This document shows, one piece after another, positions 38,308 through 48,373 of a stretch of DNA of 64,000 nt (its first letter is position 1; each line of letters opens with the position of its first letter). Where the stretch lies: positions 96,001 to 160,000 of IMG/VR virus record IMGVR_UViG_3300006916_000041. One strand, 5' to 3'. The notes under the pieces were generated by a model. That model worked only from the letters and a program-made list of their open reading frames with translations. It was not told where the DNA came from and ran no database searches. The stretch comes from a virus. A program made the translations under genes and the position numbers.

Positions 38308-39773
38308 TGGTTTTTCCTTGTATTAATATCTTCTTCAGCTCTTTTGACAGAAATAAGATCATCTCTTTTAGGTCTTGCATAATATTGTTCGTTTAAATCA
38401 TCTACAAGTTTTCTAACTTCGTATAATCTTCGTTCTCTTACTTCCAATGAATTATCTTTCCATGTCCAGTCTATATGATCATTATAATGTGTGATGCCGT
38501 CTTTAAATTTTTTGTAAGCCACCATACCCGATCCTAAATGCATTATATTACCAAAACTAAATGATATGTACTCTGCATGTCCTCTTTCAAATAGCTTGCG
38601 TACAGTGTCTAATGTGTGCTGATGATGTTGTTCTGTTTCAGTTACATATCCTACAATCATTAAAAAGGTTTGATGAATTTCTAAATCTTTCAGTGTATCG
38701 AAACAAAACCACATATCCTCGTCAGTAAATTTTTTACCCATTTCCCATCTAATATCTTCACAAAAACTTTCAACACCTATTTCTAGTCTTCCACATCCGC
38801 TAGCTTTCATTAACACATAATCATCGTAAGTCATTTGGTGTTGACTTCTCACAATCCATTGACTACTCCACTCAATCTTCTCTTCATTTTTTTCATTATA
38901 ATCTTTTAAAATATTGCATAAACTTCTAAAATGTTTCATGCTACCATTTATTAAACTGTCAGTAAAAAGAAACATATTTCTGTTATATTTTTCTGCACAA
39001 TATATTATTTCATTGGCAATACTTTCTCCTGATCTAAAAATATACTTGGGCCAAATTTCATATACATTACAAAAATCACAGCGTTTAACGCATCCTCTAC
39101 TACCAGTTACATATATAGGTTTATAATCCACCGGAGGATTGTATATATCCCATTTAATATCGCTGTAATCTGGTAACGGAATACTTTCTAAATTTTCAAA
39201 AGGAACTTTGTATTTTTTTGTTTCAGATGTTTTGTATGTGTTTATTAGTTCAATGATAGCTTTTTCTCCATCACCTTCTACATAAAAGTCAACGAACTCA
39301 TCATATTGTCCATAGAGTCTGATGATCCTCTCCATGTATCTTGGCAAGATACCAGTGCCTCCCCATACAATTATTATATCAGGATCGGCTTGTTTTATTA
39401 GTTTACTTAGATATATCGAACTACAATGACTGTATTCAGATAACAAACTTAATCCTACAAATTTTGGTTTTAATTCCAAAATTTCTTTAACTTTTTGTTT
39501 CCAAAATTCCTCGGATATTGGTACAAGTGTTTCAACAAACTTGGGATATCTATCTAAGAAAAATGCACTATCATCTTTCTCATAATAATGATACCCGAGC
39601 TCGCCTTCTAAGTTGTTTAGCCAGTTAAAAAACTCTATGTTTAAATCAATTATCAATGAACTAATATTGTGTTCATTCAAAACTGTTTTTAATAGTGCAG
39701 GTCCAACACTGGGTGCTTCTACACTCATTTTAGGCATTGATAAAAAGACAAAATCAATCTCCGAGTTGCTCAT
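38304..39773 (-). CDS. B12-binding radical SAM enzyme (class B methylase-like)
   Basis: VGLS, WGG, EGDGE B12 domain; GSRGCVKRCDFC; IGVES. Confidence 0.9.
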   Translation of the reverse strand: MSNSEIDFVFLSMPKMSVEAPSVGPALLKTVLNEHNISSLIIDLNIEFFNWLNNLEGELGYHYYEKDDSAFFLDRYPKFVETLVPISEEFWKQKVKEILELKPKFVGLSLLSEYSHCSSIYLSKLIKQADPDIIIVWGGTGILPRYMERIIRLYGQYDEFVDFYVEGDGEKAIIELINTYKTSETKKYKVPFENLESIPLPDYSDIKWDIYNPPVDYKPIYVTGSRGCVKRCDFCNVYEIWPKYIFRSGESIANEIIYCAEKYNRNMFLFTDSLINGSMKHFRSLCNILKDYNEKNEEKIEWSSQWIVRSQHQMTYDDYVLMKASGCGRLEIGVESFCEDIRWEMGKKFTDEDMWFCFDTLKDLEIHQTFLMIVGYVTETEQHHQHTLDTVRKLFERGHAEYISFSFGNIMHLGSGMVAYKKFKDGITHYNDHIDWTWKDNSLEVRERRLYEVRKLVDDLNEQYYARPKRDDLISVKRAEEDINTRKNQ

Positions 39774-41163
39774 CAAAAATGTCCTTCATTTCTGGAAATG
39801 TTGCACTGAAACTATTGTTACGCTGGCGATCACACAGTGCTAAAAACTCTTGCATTTCTGGTAAACGTACACTCCAGTCTTCGCTTTCCATAAAACTTAG
39901 CATGCCTTCTAAACGTTTGATTCCATATTCAGCATTTCTCCAGGTATCGTAATCTACTTTGCCTTTGTGCCAACTAGGTATACTTAATTCCCAATTGTCT
40001 TCCCACCATGGATAAAACTGTTCGTATTTTTCTCTACACTTTGCTTTAAACCAGTCTGGCAATACTTTTACATTTAAATGTGCTGGATGATAAACAAAGT
40101 GATAGTTAATACCACCTGCACCAAATGGCCACATATTAATCTTGTTAAACTTTTGTTCTAATTTCCATTTAATGAAATCAGGCAAGTAATAAATGTTTAA
40201 GGCTTGTACTGCACAAGCAACTGTGATTTCTACATTGTTACTAGTTTCTTTATCTAGTATGTGGAACACTTCTTCAGTGCGCTTCCATTCACTTGGATAA
40301 CGTATATAATCATTCATAGCATGTATGCTGTCTACACTATAGTGAAAACGTACAAGTTTGAATTCTCGCCATAGATCAAATAAATCCTCTCTCCATTCAA
40401 CTCCATTTGAGTTGTAACGTAGTTCGAGATTTTTTGCGTGACCTTGACGTATACATTCTTCAAGTATTTTATAATGCTCCTCAATAATTAAACTTTCTCC
40501 TCCAGCAAAATAAATTTGCTGCATGTTTGGAATTTGTTCATAAAACTGTTGCCAAAACGTGGGATTTTGTTTGTGCCAATTATAACTACTCCCGTTAATA
40601 CTTCCTTTATCACGCCACATTGTATTTTCTTTTAGCGTTTCATTTTGTATTTGAGGATGTATAGCACTCCAGTCTTTAACCCAACCTGAACTATCGTGTG
40701 GGCTACACATCACACAAGCTAACTGACACTTTGTTCCAAAACGTAAATCAATATAAGTTAATTCAGGCGGAACTTCTCCGTCATCTGTGGTATTTTCTAA
40801 TAAACGGTCAACATCAACACGCCGACTCCAATATCTTGTTTCCCACATACGTTTACTGTTGTGTCCAGCAGCTTCTTCTTTAAAACATTTAGCACAACTA
40901 GGAGGGATCTCACCATTGATCATCTGCTTGCGCACATTGCGCATGTATTTGCTGTTCCATGCTGTTTGAAAATCTGTTACATTTAAATTGTTGGGCTTGC
41001 CTTCATCGTCTTTGAGTACGCCAACCATACCTCCGTGTTGTTTATCATTTGTAGGACCCACACTACTAGCATTAGCCGTACAACATACTCTCATACTTCC
41101 GTCGGGTCGGGTGCTTAAATGTACCCATGGTAAGATACAAAATGTGTCACTTGGTTTTGTCAT
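39754..41163 (-). CDS. N-terminal-twitch radical SAM enzyme
   Basis: FCILPW...VCC...CAKC; CQLACVMC; AGGE. Confidence 0.93.
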   Translation of the reverse strand: MTKPSDTFCILPWVHLSTRPDGSMRVCCTANASSVGPTNDKQHGGMVGVLKDDEGKPNNLNVTDFQTAWNSKYMRNVRKQMINGEIPPSCAKCFKEEAAGHNSKRMWETRYWSRRVDVDRLLENTTDDGEVPPELTYIDLRFGTKCQLACVMCSPHDSSGWVKDWSAIHPQIQNETLKENTMWRDKGSINGSSYNWHKQNPTFWQQFYEQIPNMQQIYFAGGESLIIEEHYKILEECIRQGHAKNLELRYNSNGVEWREDLFDLWREFKLVRFHYSVDSIHAMNDYIRYPSEWKRTEEVFHILDKETSNNVEITVACAVQALNIYYLPDFIKWKLEQKFNKINMWPFGAGGINYHFVYHPAHLNVKVLPDWFKAKCREKYEQFYPWWEDNWELSIPSWHKGKVDYDTWRNAEYGIKRLEGMLSFMESEDWSVRLPEMQEFLALCDRQRNNSFSATFPEMKDIFDEQLGD

Positions 41164-42242
41164 TTAAATTGCTCTGCAAATGGATCAAACTCAGTTCCGC
41201 ACTTCATAGCACACACCCCTAGCTTTCCTTGAGCTACACTGTCGAATGTCCAACTATCACTAATACTACTTAGTAGTGATCCTTGCATCACTTTTTTGAT
41301 ACCATGCTCTATCACATTGATTGCTTGCTTGCTGCCAGCACGATCAATATGATCCCATATTTGTTCTACACGATAATCCTTGTGCCACCATTTGTACATG
41401 CGTCCGCCAGTCCAACAACAAGGCATTAGCAAGCCTTCTGCTGTAATAAAGATTTCTTTTTTCTCTACAGCTTTGCAGTTTATACTACACTTGTCATAAT
41501 AATCTCGCATACTGCCGTATGTTTTTTCAATTTCTTTTTGTTTTAACAATGCTAGGTTTTGATTTTCAACTTTAGTTGGTTTAGCAATTGCTTGTGTTTG
41601 TTCACCTTTTCGATTACGTGCTTGATGCACATCCTTTTGTTCACTTTTAGCAGTAAAGAAACGGCCTGACTTTTTAAGCTGGAACCGTTCCACACCCCAA
41701 GACTCTGCTAGTTCACGTGCTTCGTCGACTTGGTGTTCGTTGTGTCCAAACACAATGTAGTCCCAACGTGCTCTACCGCCAGCATCTATAAATGCTCGCA
41801 TGTTGCGTTCTACGTTAGCCCAGACAACATTCTGCCTGTATAAATGATTAGTGTCACTAAGACCATCCACGCTGAAAATAACAGTGCCCATTCTACCAAA
41901 GACTTGGGCAAGTTCACGCCACCATGTTTCATCTTTTGCTCCTGCATTTGTATTCATACTCAACCACATTGTGGGGTTATGTTCTCTGAAGTATTTAAAT
42001 ATTTCCAACGTGTCGTGTGCAACAATAGGATCACCCAAGTTACCACACATGTACATAGTCTCAAGTTGTTGAATAAAATCTGGTTCGAATATACGTTTGC
42101 AATCTTCTAAACTTAGTTCGGCATTAGTAATGTGACGATTGTCTGCTCCGCCATTTTCATTACGATCACACATCGGACATGCTGCTTGACAACGTTGTGT
42201 AATTTCTAAATGAACCATTTTTATTTCTTCGTATGTATACAC
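41160..42242 (-). CDS. Radical SAM/SPASM enzyme
   Basis: CQAACPMC, CGNLGDP, FSVDG; C...PCC...C...C. Confidence 0.92.
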   Translation of the reverse strand: MYTYEEIKMVHLEITQRCQAACPMCDRNENGGADNRHITNAELSLEDCKRIFEPDFIQQLETMYMCGNLGDPIVAHDTLEIFKYFREHNPTMWLSMNTNAGAKDETWWRELAQVFGRMGTVIFSVDGLSDTNHLYRQNVVWANVERNMRAFIDAGGRARWDYIVFGHNEHQVDEARELAESWGVERFQLKKSGRFFTAKSEQKDVHQARNRKGEQTQAIAKPTKVENQNLALLKQKEIEKTYGSMRDYYDKCSINCKAVEKKEIFITAEGLLMPCCWTGGRMYKWWHKDYRVEQIWDHIDRAGSKQAINVIEHGIKKVMQGSLLSSISDSWTFDSVAQGKLGVCAMKCGTEFDPFAEQFK

Positions 42243-42604
42243 TAGTCGTTGTCCCAGTACATGGTGTTATGCTTTTGAAAAAAATATTCTCTTTCTACAG
42301 CTACCATATCGTCATAACTAACACGATGCTGATTGTGTATGCCAGACTTGCTAATACTAACTCGTACATGAGGATCCGGTATACGTTCAGGCCTGGGCCC
42401 ATGTTTTTTATATTGTACAAACCAGCGACTACCTTCACATTCTATGTTATGCCCTTCGCTGTTTTTCCAATTACGCAGTAAATCTTCAAATATTTCTGAA
42501 AAAACATAATAAGTAAGCGCATACACATCACTTACTTTAAAAGTTATTGAAACTTTGTTTTCTTTTTTGAAAAAATAAATTTTAATTGGTTTAGTAAACT
42601 TCAT
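42242..42604 (-). CDS. Hypothetical protein
   Basis: 120 aa ORF; GATAAATA upstream at 42623-42630. Confidence 0.65.
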   Translation of the reverse strand: MKFTKPIKIYFFKKENKVSITFKVSDVYALTYYVFSEIFEDLLRNWKNSEGHNIECEGSRWFVQYKKHGPRPERIPDPHVRVSISKSGIHNQHRVSYDDMVAVEREYFFQKHNTMYWDND

Positions 42605-42621
42605 TAAAATGCCTGTTAATA

Positions 42622-42846
42622 TTATTTATCGTATATTAGTTTAACATCTTTTCCTGGCCCATATCGACTAGGCAAATCACCATACTCACCAACATACCAT
42701 TCAATAACTGCTTTATACCATAAATGACTGTCGTGATATGCAAGTTTATTAAACTTGTAGATGTTATTATTAGTTGCTTGCATTGTACTTAATGCACGAG
42801 CACTTTCTTTTTGCAATTCTCTTACTGATAAATCATTTATATCCAA
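42622..42846 (-). CDS. Hypothetical protein
   Basis: 74 aa coupled ORF. Confidence 0.65.
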   Translation of the reverse strand: MDINDLSVRELQKESARALSTMQATNNNIYKFNKLAYHDSHLWYKAVIEWYVGEYGDLPSRYGPGKDVKLIYDK

Positions 42847-44017
42847 TTAACATAAACCTCGTATATTTTGGTAGTTTTAATTTTCCACTGTATAACAGTT
42901 GGCTCATTGGAGCCATTTTTTTAAACTCTTGTACGTTACTTACACAATTTACATGCTCGTCAATTTCATAATAATTATTACTTTGTAATACTACTAATTT
43001 TCCTTTTGGTATTTTAGTATACCATTCTTTAAAATTAGTTATGTGTTCACAACTCGTATTAATAATTGTATCTGGCACGTCTGTAATTTCTTTACTCATA
43101 CGATTGTTAGCATTACTCCAGAATTGCCAGGTGTGTTCGCTGTAATCTATATTGTGTATATCTTCTACCAGTGCTTTAAACTTCCACTTCTCCATAAACC
43201 AAGGCTTGTTAAACACTTCTGCAATATCTATTGTTGTAGGGTCGATATCAAAAGATCTAACTTTATCTACATTAACGTTACTCTCAAATAACATTGTAGC
43301 TAGTGTAGCATACCATCCTGCACATAAGAAGACTGTGCCTAGTTCTACATCAAGATCTTTTAGTTTACTTACTAACCAAAGTTTACTTTCAAGTTGACCT
43401 CTACTAAAGCAATCTGGATCTATACTTTTGTTATTAACAAAGAAGTTTTTAAATGCTGCTGTAAACTGTGTGTCTACGTATTGTTCTAATAGCCCCCAAA
43501 GTTTCCATGTATTATTATTTGTAATAAGTTTACGTAAATCATCGTTACCTAGTAACTTAAAAATACTGCGAATGTTTTTGTTTACAATGGCAGTTCTGTA
43601 TAAGTGTATAGTTTCGTCATCTTCAGGAAATAGTCTGAACAAACTGTACAAGTTTTCTTCTAACATAGCTCGTCGAAGATCGTCAACGTGCCAACTGTCT
43701 TGATGTTCCAATAACCTAAACAAACTATTTAAATTTTTTTCAACAACAGTTTTTCGAATGTCTGTTAAGTTAGTAATGTTTAACTTAGCTTCCTTTAATA
43801 CTCTGAATACACTGTGCCAATTTTCGTCAACAACTGCTCGACGTAGTTCTTGGTTTTCTTCACACAGTCTGAAAATACTGCTAAGATCACGGTCCACTAC
43901 TGCACGTCTTAGATCACTGAGTTCAGATATGTCTGGATATAGTATTTCAAAACGATCTAACAATTCGTGCAGGGGTAGAGGAAAATCTTTTTCATCGTCA
44001 TTATCAATCTTCATCAT
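42833..44017 (-). CDS. Class I methyltransferase-like protein with N-terminal helical repeats
   Basis: LCAGWY, SFDIDP, INTSCEH, LQSN; about 6 LRRAVV..N..S.FRL repeats. Confidence 0.7.
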   Translation of the reverse strand: MMKIDNDDEKDFPLPLHELLDRFEILYPDISELSDLRRAVVDRDLSSIFRLCEENQELRRAVVDENWHSVFRVLKEAKLNITNLTDIRKTVVEKNLNSLFRLLEHQDSWHVDDLRRAMLEENLYSLFRLFPEDDETIHLYRTAIVNKNIRSIFKLLGNDDLRKLITNNNTWKLWGLLEQYVDTQFTAAFKNFFVNNKSIDPDCFSRGQLESKLWLVSKLKDLDVELGTVFLCAGWYATLATMLFESNVNVDKVRSFDIDPTTIDIAEVFNKPWFMEKWKFKALVEDIHNIDYSEHTWQFWSNANNRMSKEITDVPDTIINTSCEHITNFKEWYTKIPKGKLVVLQSNNYYEIDEHVNCVSNVQEFKKMAPMSQLLYSGKLKLPKYTRFMLIGYK

Positions 44018-44723
44018 CTTTCAAAGACTCTTCATACTGTTCACGCAACCAGTCAAAGTCATTAATAAGTTTTAATACTTTGTCATTTTTGCGATAGTGT
44101 GTACCAAAGTCCCGTCCCTGATTTGCTCCCATTATACTGTAATCACCGTACGGTCTATCTTTGCCTCTAGTACACCAAATATTCAGTCTATATTCATTAT
44201 CTATATTATCGCCATTTGGAATAATACTACTTGCAAGTTTTGTACATTCTCTGAATGCGCTTTTCCAAGTTTCAAAAGGATTGGTATTGAATGCAGTAAC
44301 ATTACTGATTTGAAACTGCGGAACAAAAGGACAACCTAATGTAGTAGTCATATCAACATTCCAAGTCTTGGCTTCTAACATTTGTTTGCGAGGAAACAGT
44401 TTCACGCCACCATATCCGTACAATAGATCATTTACAGGATTTCTACTGCGCCAGGTATATATACAATCAGTTTGGGGGAAATGATCGTATTCCAATTGAT
44501 TACTTTTAGGAATAAAATCAAATTTAAATGTTTCTTCGATAACAGCATCAGCATCTACTACATAAAAATGATTTGTTTCTGCGATCCTAGCTGCGGCTTG
44601 GTGAGCATCAAAAATACCTTTAACACCTTCAACACGCTTTGCGTGAGGTGCAAATAACTGTAAAATTTCAAAATTTTCATCAGCTGTTTCTTCATAATAG
44701 CTGATTTGAATAACGTCTAACAT
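44004..44723 (-). CDS. Glycosyltransferase-like (GT-A) protein
   Basis: ISY.E, GI..AH, VVDAD (DxD), YGYGGVKL, AFRE..KL. Confidence 0.7.
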   Translation of the reverse strand: MLDVIQISYYEETADENFEILQLFAPHAKRVEGVKGIFDAHQAAARIAETNHFYVVDADAVIEETFKFDFIPKSNQLEYDHFPQTDCIYTWRSRNPVNDLLYGYGGVKLFPRKQMLEAKTWNVDMTTTLGCPFVPQFQISNVTAFNTNPFETWKSAFRECTKLASSIIPNGDNIDNEYRLNIWCTRGKDRPYGDYSIMGANQGRDFGTHYRKNDKVLKLINDFDWLREQYEESLKDDED

Positions 44724-44748
44724 ACTGATATTTTATCCTTGTAGAACA

Positions 44749-44777
44749 ATTATAACTGCTGCATCAATCAAAGTCAA
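44749..44777 (-). promoter_or_regulatory. sigma70-type promoter
   Basis: TTGACT-17-TATAAT; an AATAAATA also lies at 44792-44799. Confidence 0.7.
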
Positions 44778-44794
44778 GCAGTAACTTGTGTTAT

Positions 44795-45040
44795 TTATTG
44801 AATTATATACGTATATATTAACAGCGGAATAATGATAAAAAATTGCGGTAAAAAGTTAAGAAGTATGCTTTTCTCTCGCCATTGCCAGCCGCAGTAGCAC
44901 CATCCTGCTGCTCCCAACAGTTGAGCAAGTGAATTCCAAGGTGTTATACCCAAGGTGTGCAAGACCATCGCAACAAGAATGGTCACTGCACTAGCATACT
45001 TTATGTATGTAACTGTTTTATATTGATATTCTGTTGTCAT
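44795..45040 (-). CDS. Small membrane protein
   Basis: Three hydrophobic helices. Confidence 0.65.
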   Translation of the reverse strand: MTTEYQYKTVTYIKYASAVTILVAMVLHTLGITPWNSLAQLLGAAGWCYCGWQWREKSILLNFLPQFFIIIPLLIYTYIIQ

Positions 45041-45683
45041 ATGTGCTAAAAAGTCTCAGTGTATTTTCTGTTGCCACACCTGTAACCAACAGTGTGCAAC
45101 GTGGGCCATGACCTGCGTTTGCTGTACAGTGCGGTGTGTTGTACCAGTCAAAGCTATAAATCTCACCTGCACGATAATGTGTATGAACAAAGTTACCATA
45201 TTGAATAAAATGACCAGGTTCCCAGTCGTTCAACATAACCATGAAACGATATACTTTATGAGGTTCGTCTTCATGCCACTTTTCTAATTTGTCAATGTGT
45301 AAGTTCCAGACTTGACCAGGAAACTGTACATGTACTCTGCTTTGTATTTGTTGTTTGTCACCTGGCAACAAATGTAGCGCATCTGTCATTTTTTGAAATA
45401 TTGGAAGTAAGTTGTACTCTAAATTAGTTAGTGCTAAGTCTTTATTTGCACCACTGCGTTCTAAATCATATTCTTCTGCTTCAATATCTTTGCTTGTACC
45501 GTCAATAGGATTACGTGTGCGCCATGTAATCTCTTTGCTGTTTTCAATTGTTTGTTGTAATTCTTGTTGCCAATCACCAACAAAGCGACCAATATAACGC
45601 ATGTTATCATATGCAGGGTCGCTCTTAAATGCATCAAAGTGATAGTTTGTTCTTGACTTAACTTTATCCCAATTGCTTTCCAT
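45018..45683 (-). CDS. Asp/Asn beta-hydroxylase-like 2OG oxygenase
   Basis: LHID, DWEPGH, PHCTANAG..RCTL; GAAGGA RBS. Confidence 0.75.
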   Translation of the reverse strand: MESNWDKVKSRTNYHFDAFKSDPAYDNMRYIGRFVGDWQQELQQTIENSKEITWRTRNPIDGTSKDIEAEEYDLERSGANKDLALTNLEYNLLPIFQKMTDALHLLPGDKQQIQSRVHVQFPGQVWNLHIDKLEKWHEDEPHKVYRFMVMLNDWEPGHFIQYGNFVHTHYRAGEIYSFDWYNTPHCTANAGHGPRCTLLVTGVATENTLRLFSTYDNRISI

Positions 45684-45702
45684 ATTAATTCCTTCAGAAG
45701 GT

Positions 45703-45727
45703 GATGGGAGAGTTTTCCATCCCATCA
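45703..45727 (-). terminator. Hairpin after tctC
   Basis: GATGGGA...TCCCATC stem; weak U tract. Confidence 0.4.
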
Positions 45728-45737
45728 ATACTTATGT

Positions 45738-46799
45738 TTATTTTACTAGGTTTGCTTTATAGACTGATTTAAGTCCTAGTGCTTCTTTATTAAACTTTAC
45801 TAGGTTTTGAAGTGCATCTTCTGTAATAAATGTCATCAAGCGATCACGTATTGCATCACCACGCTCACCAATAAACCACTCATACTTGCCATTTTTTGCT
45901 TCAATAGCAGCCATTGACTCTGGGTCATTTGCCATAGCTGTCATTGCTGCAACCAAACGGTCACGTAGTTCTGGGTTTCCTTTGTTGATCCAAATTGCCT
46001 TTTGTAGTCCATCACGGAAACTTTTAACTAGCTTGTATGCATCATAAAACTCACCGCTTGGTGCAACACCCCAACGTGCTTCAAAGATTTGCTCAACTTG
46101 ATAGCCTGCTGGATAGTTTGTGTCATCCACGTGATTGCCTGTCTCTGGATCTAGTAGACCATGATGGAACCAAAGTTCTGCATTTTCATCCGGTTCAACG
46201 TGTTTTTGATATGTTGCTGGATTTTCACGAGTGCCGTTTAAGTCACCTCGTTTAAATGCCAATCTACGTTCTGCTCCGCTCATACCTTTTACCCAAGTTA
46301 CTTTGTCTTGAAAACAAGCAATATACTCATCTACTGACTTGTCCGGACCACATAGCATTAGTGTCATTGCAAATGCTTCTGGTACCATACCTGAACCTGC
46401 TGGAAAACGTGGTGCTGACATATCGTCGCCAATACGCTTGCCTGCGATAATGTTCAGGTTCATAAGACCAATACTATCATACTCTGCATAGTTGTAGTCT
46501 ACTTCCTCTTGTAAGAAACTTACACCATTACCACCATGCGAAACAACGATTGTGTTTTCGTCAAAACGTAGTTCATTGTGGAATTTGTTTATACCTGGAA
46601 TATCACGTGCTCCTGGAATAAGACGTAGAACAATACGCTCACCTAGATGTTTTTCCAATTCTTTAGTAATAATTTCTGCCCATACTGTTGTACCTTGTCC
46701 TGCTTTTTGCGGAACAACAAGTGTGATATCTGCAAATGCTGCGCTTGCAGTCATTGCTAGTGTTGCTATTGCAACTCTAAATATATTTTTGATTTTCAT
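45738..46799 (-). CDS. tctC: Tripartite tricarboxylate transporter substrate-binding protein (TctC/Bug-like)
   Basis: Signal peptide; ITLVVPQKAGQGT, IPGA; adjacent to TctA; AGGAG RBS. Confidence 0.75.
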   Translation of the reverse strand: MKIKNIFRVAIATLAMTASAAFADITLVVPQKAGQGTTVWAEIITKELEKHLGERIVLRLIPGARDIPGINKFHNELRFDENTIVVSHGGNGVSFLQEEVDYNYAEYDSIGLMNLNIIAGKRIGDDMSAPRFPAGSGMVPEAFAMTLMLCGPDKSVDEYIACFQDKVTWVKGMSGAERRLAFKRGDLNGTRENPATYQKHVEPDENAELWFHHGLLDPETGNHVDDTNYPAGYQVEQIFEARWGVAPSGEFYDAYKLVKSFRDGLQKAIWINKGNPELRDRLVAAMTAMANDPESMAAIEAKNGKYEWFIGERGDAIRDRLMTFITEDALQNLVKFNKEALGLKSVYKANLVK

Positions 46800-46809
46800 T
46801 TTTTTTCTC

Positions 46810-48273
46810 CTATACAAAATCAATCTTTGCTTTATTAAAAAATAACCCCCAAACAAGTGCTAGTAGTGTAAGCACCATAAAGGTTAATGGCAATGGTCTG
46901 AATAATAAGTCTTCCCAACCATAGCCAAATGTATTAAACTGTACCCAGCTTGCTTCTAATCGAGCACTTAATATAAATCCAATTAGAAAACTAACTCTAC
47001 TGAATTTAAGATATTTCATAACAATACCAACGCCCATACAGATCATCAACATGATGTAATCATCTAGTAGTCCTGTGTATTGTGTTGAGCTCCATACTAA
47101 ACTTGCCAATATAGGCCAAAAGTAGAACTTAAATGGCAAATTTGTAATGTAAACAGCATATTTGATAAAAGCATAACTGATTGGTAAAATTAAAATTAAT
47201 GCCCACAAATAACTGCTCAATAGTGTATCAAAAAACTTTTGATCAGTTAGCACATCTGGTGTACCTAATTCAAGACCAACATACATCAATAGTCCCATAA
47301 CAATCACTTCAAACGGTGCTCCTGGAATGCCAAATAACACTGTTGGAACATATGAAGTTGCCTTTTGTGCATTGTTAGCGCCTTCGCAGCCAATAACACC
47401 TCTGACATTTCCTTGACCAACTGGATAATCTTCTGTGTTGTTGGATTTACGTGCTACTGCCACAGTTTGCGAATAACTAAACCAATCTGCAATAGCGCCT
47501 CCGATACCTGGTATGAGACCAATAAAAGCACCGATAAATCCCCCTCTTAGTCCATCCCATTTGTATCTCCATGTATCTCTGACACCTTGTATTAATTGTG
47601 ATACAATTACACCATTTGTTAGTTTTATCTTTTCTGCTTGCATACGATATGCGCTTAAAAGTTCCGGAAACGCTAGTACACCTGCCATAACTGGAATCAT
47701 TTGTACACCTGCTCCAAGATAATCCCATCCCATGGTCCATCTATCAGCAGCGGTGTTTGGATCCATGCCTATGTGTCCTACAAGTACACCAGCAATCAGT
47801 GCCAAAAATCCTCTGAACCAATATCTACTAGAAATAAAAATAACACAGGTCATGGCAAAAATTAAGAAACTGAACATTTCAACTGTGCCAAAATACAATA
47901 CAATCTGTGTATACCATGGAAGGAATAAAAACACCAACAATCCCCAAATCAATCCATTTATCCAACTTGTTGACAGTGCTGCACTCAGTGCTCTAGCTGC
48001 TTCACCCCTGCGGCTCATAGGAAAACCATCTACCATAGTAGCGGCTGCTCCACCTGCCCCTGGTATGTTCATAACCACACCACAAAAGCTATCTCCTATA
48101 CTGCTGGTAACAACAATTGCTGTGGTAAACACAACCAACATATAAGGATCATGAAAGTATCCAACAAAACTATAAACAGCAATCAATCCTGTGGTAGCGC
48201 CAGCCACTGGAATAAGCCCTACAAAAAATCCGTAGAGTACACCTAATAACAATACAACAATGTAATGGTCCAT
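46810..48273 (-). CDS. tctA: Tripartite tricarboxylate transporter permease
   Basis: GLIP, NIPG...AATMVDGFPM, IPGIGG, EGANNA, FGIPG. Confidence 0.9.
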   Translation of the reverse strand: MDHYIVVLLLGVLYGFFVGLIPVAGATTGLIAVYSFVGYFHDPYMLVVFTTAIVVTSSIGDSFCGVVMNIPGAGGAAATMVDGFPMSRRGEAARALSAALSTSWINGLIWGLLVFLFLPWYTQIVLYFGTVEMFSFLIFAMTCVIFISSRYWFRGFLALIAGVLVGHIGMDPNTAADRWTMGWDYLGAGVQMIPVMAGVLAFPELLSAYRMQAEKIKLTNGVIVSQLIQGVRDTWRYKWDGLRGGFIGAFIGLIPGIGGAIADWFSYSQTVAVARKSNNTEDYPVGQGNVRGVIGCEGANNAQKATSYVPTVLFGIPGAPFEVIVMGLLMYVGLELGTPDVLTDQKFFDTLLSSYLWALILILPISYAFIKYAVYITNLPFKFYFWPILASLVWSSTQYTGLLDDYIMLMICMGVGIVMKYLKFSRVSFLIGFILSARLEASWVQFNTFGYGWEDLLFRPLPLTFMVLTLLALVWGLFFNKAKIDFV

Positions 48274-48280
48274 AGCAAAT

Positions 48281-48302
48281 CGCCGCGGGGAAGCCCACGA
48301 CG
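48281..48302 (-). promoter_or_regulatory. GC-rich hairpin in the tctA leader
   Basis: CGTCGTGGG-CTTC-CCCGCGGCG, 7 nt before ATG. Confidence 0.55.
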
Positions 48303-48373
48303 CCTTTCATAATTTTTTGGGGGATTGTATTACTGAACTTCTTTACATTCGAGCGTTAGTAATAACTATGTGT

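Noticed and set aside
48305-48350. preQ1-I riboswitch-like GTTC...CCCCCAAAAAATTA on the - strand
   Set aside because: The P1 stem cannot be formed; kept only as an unknown structured leader.
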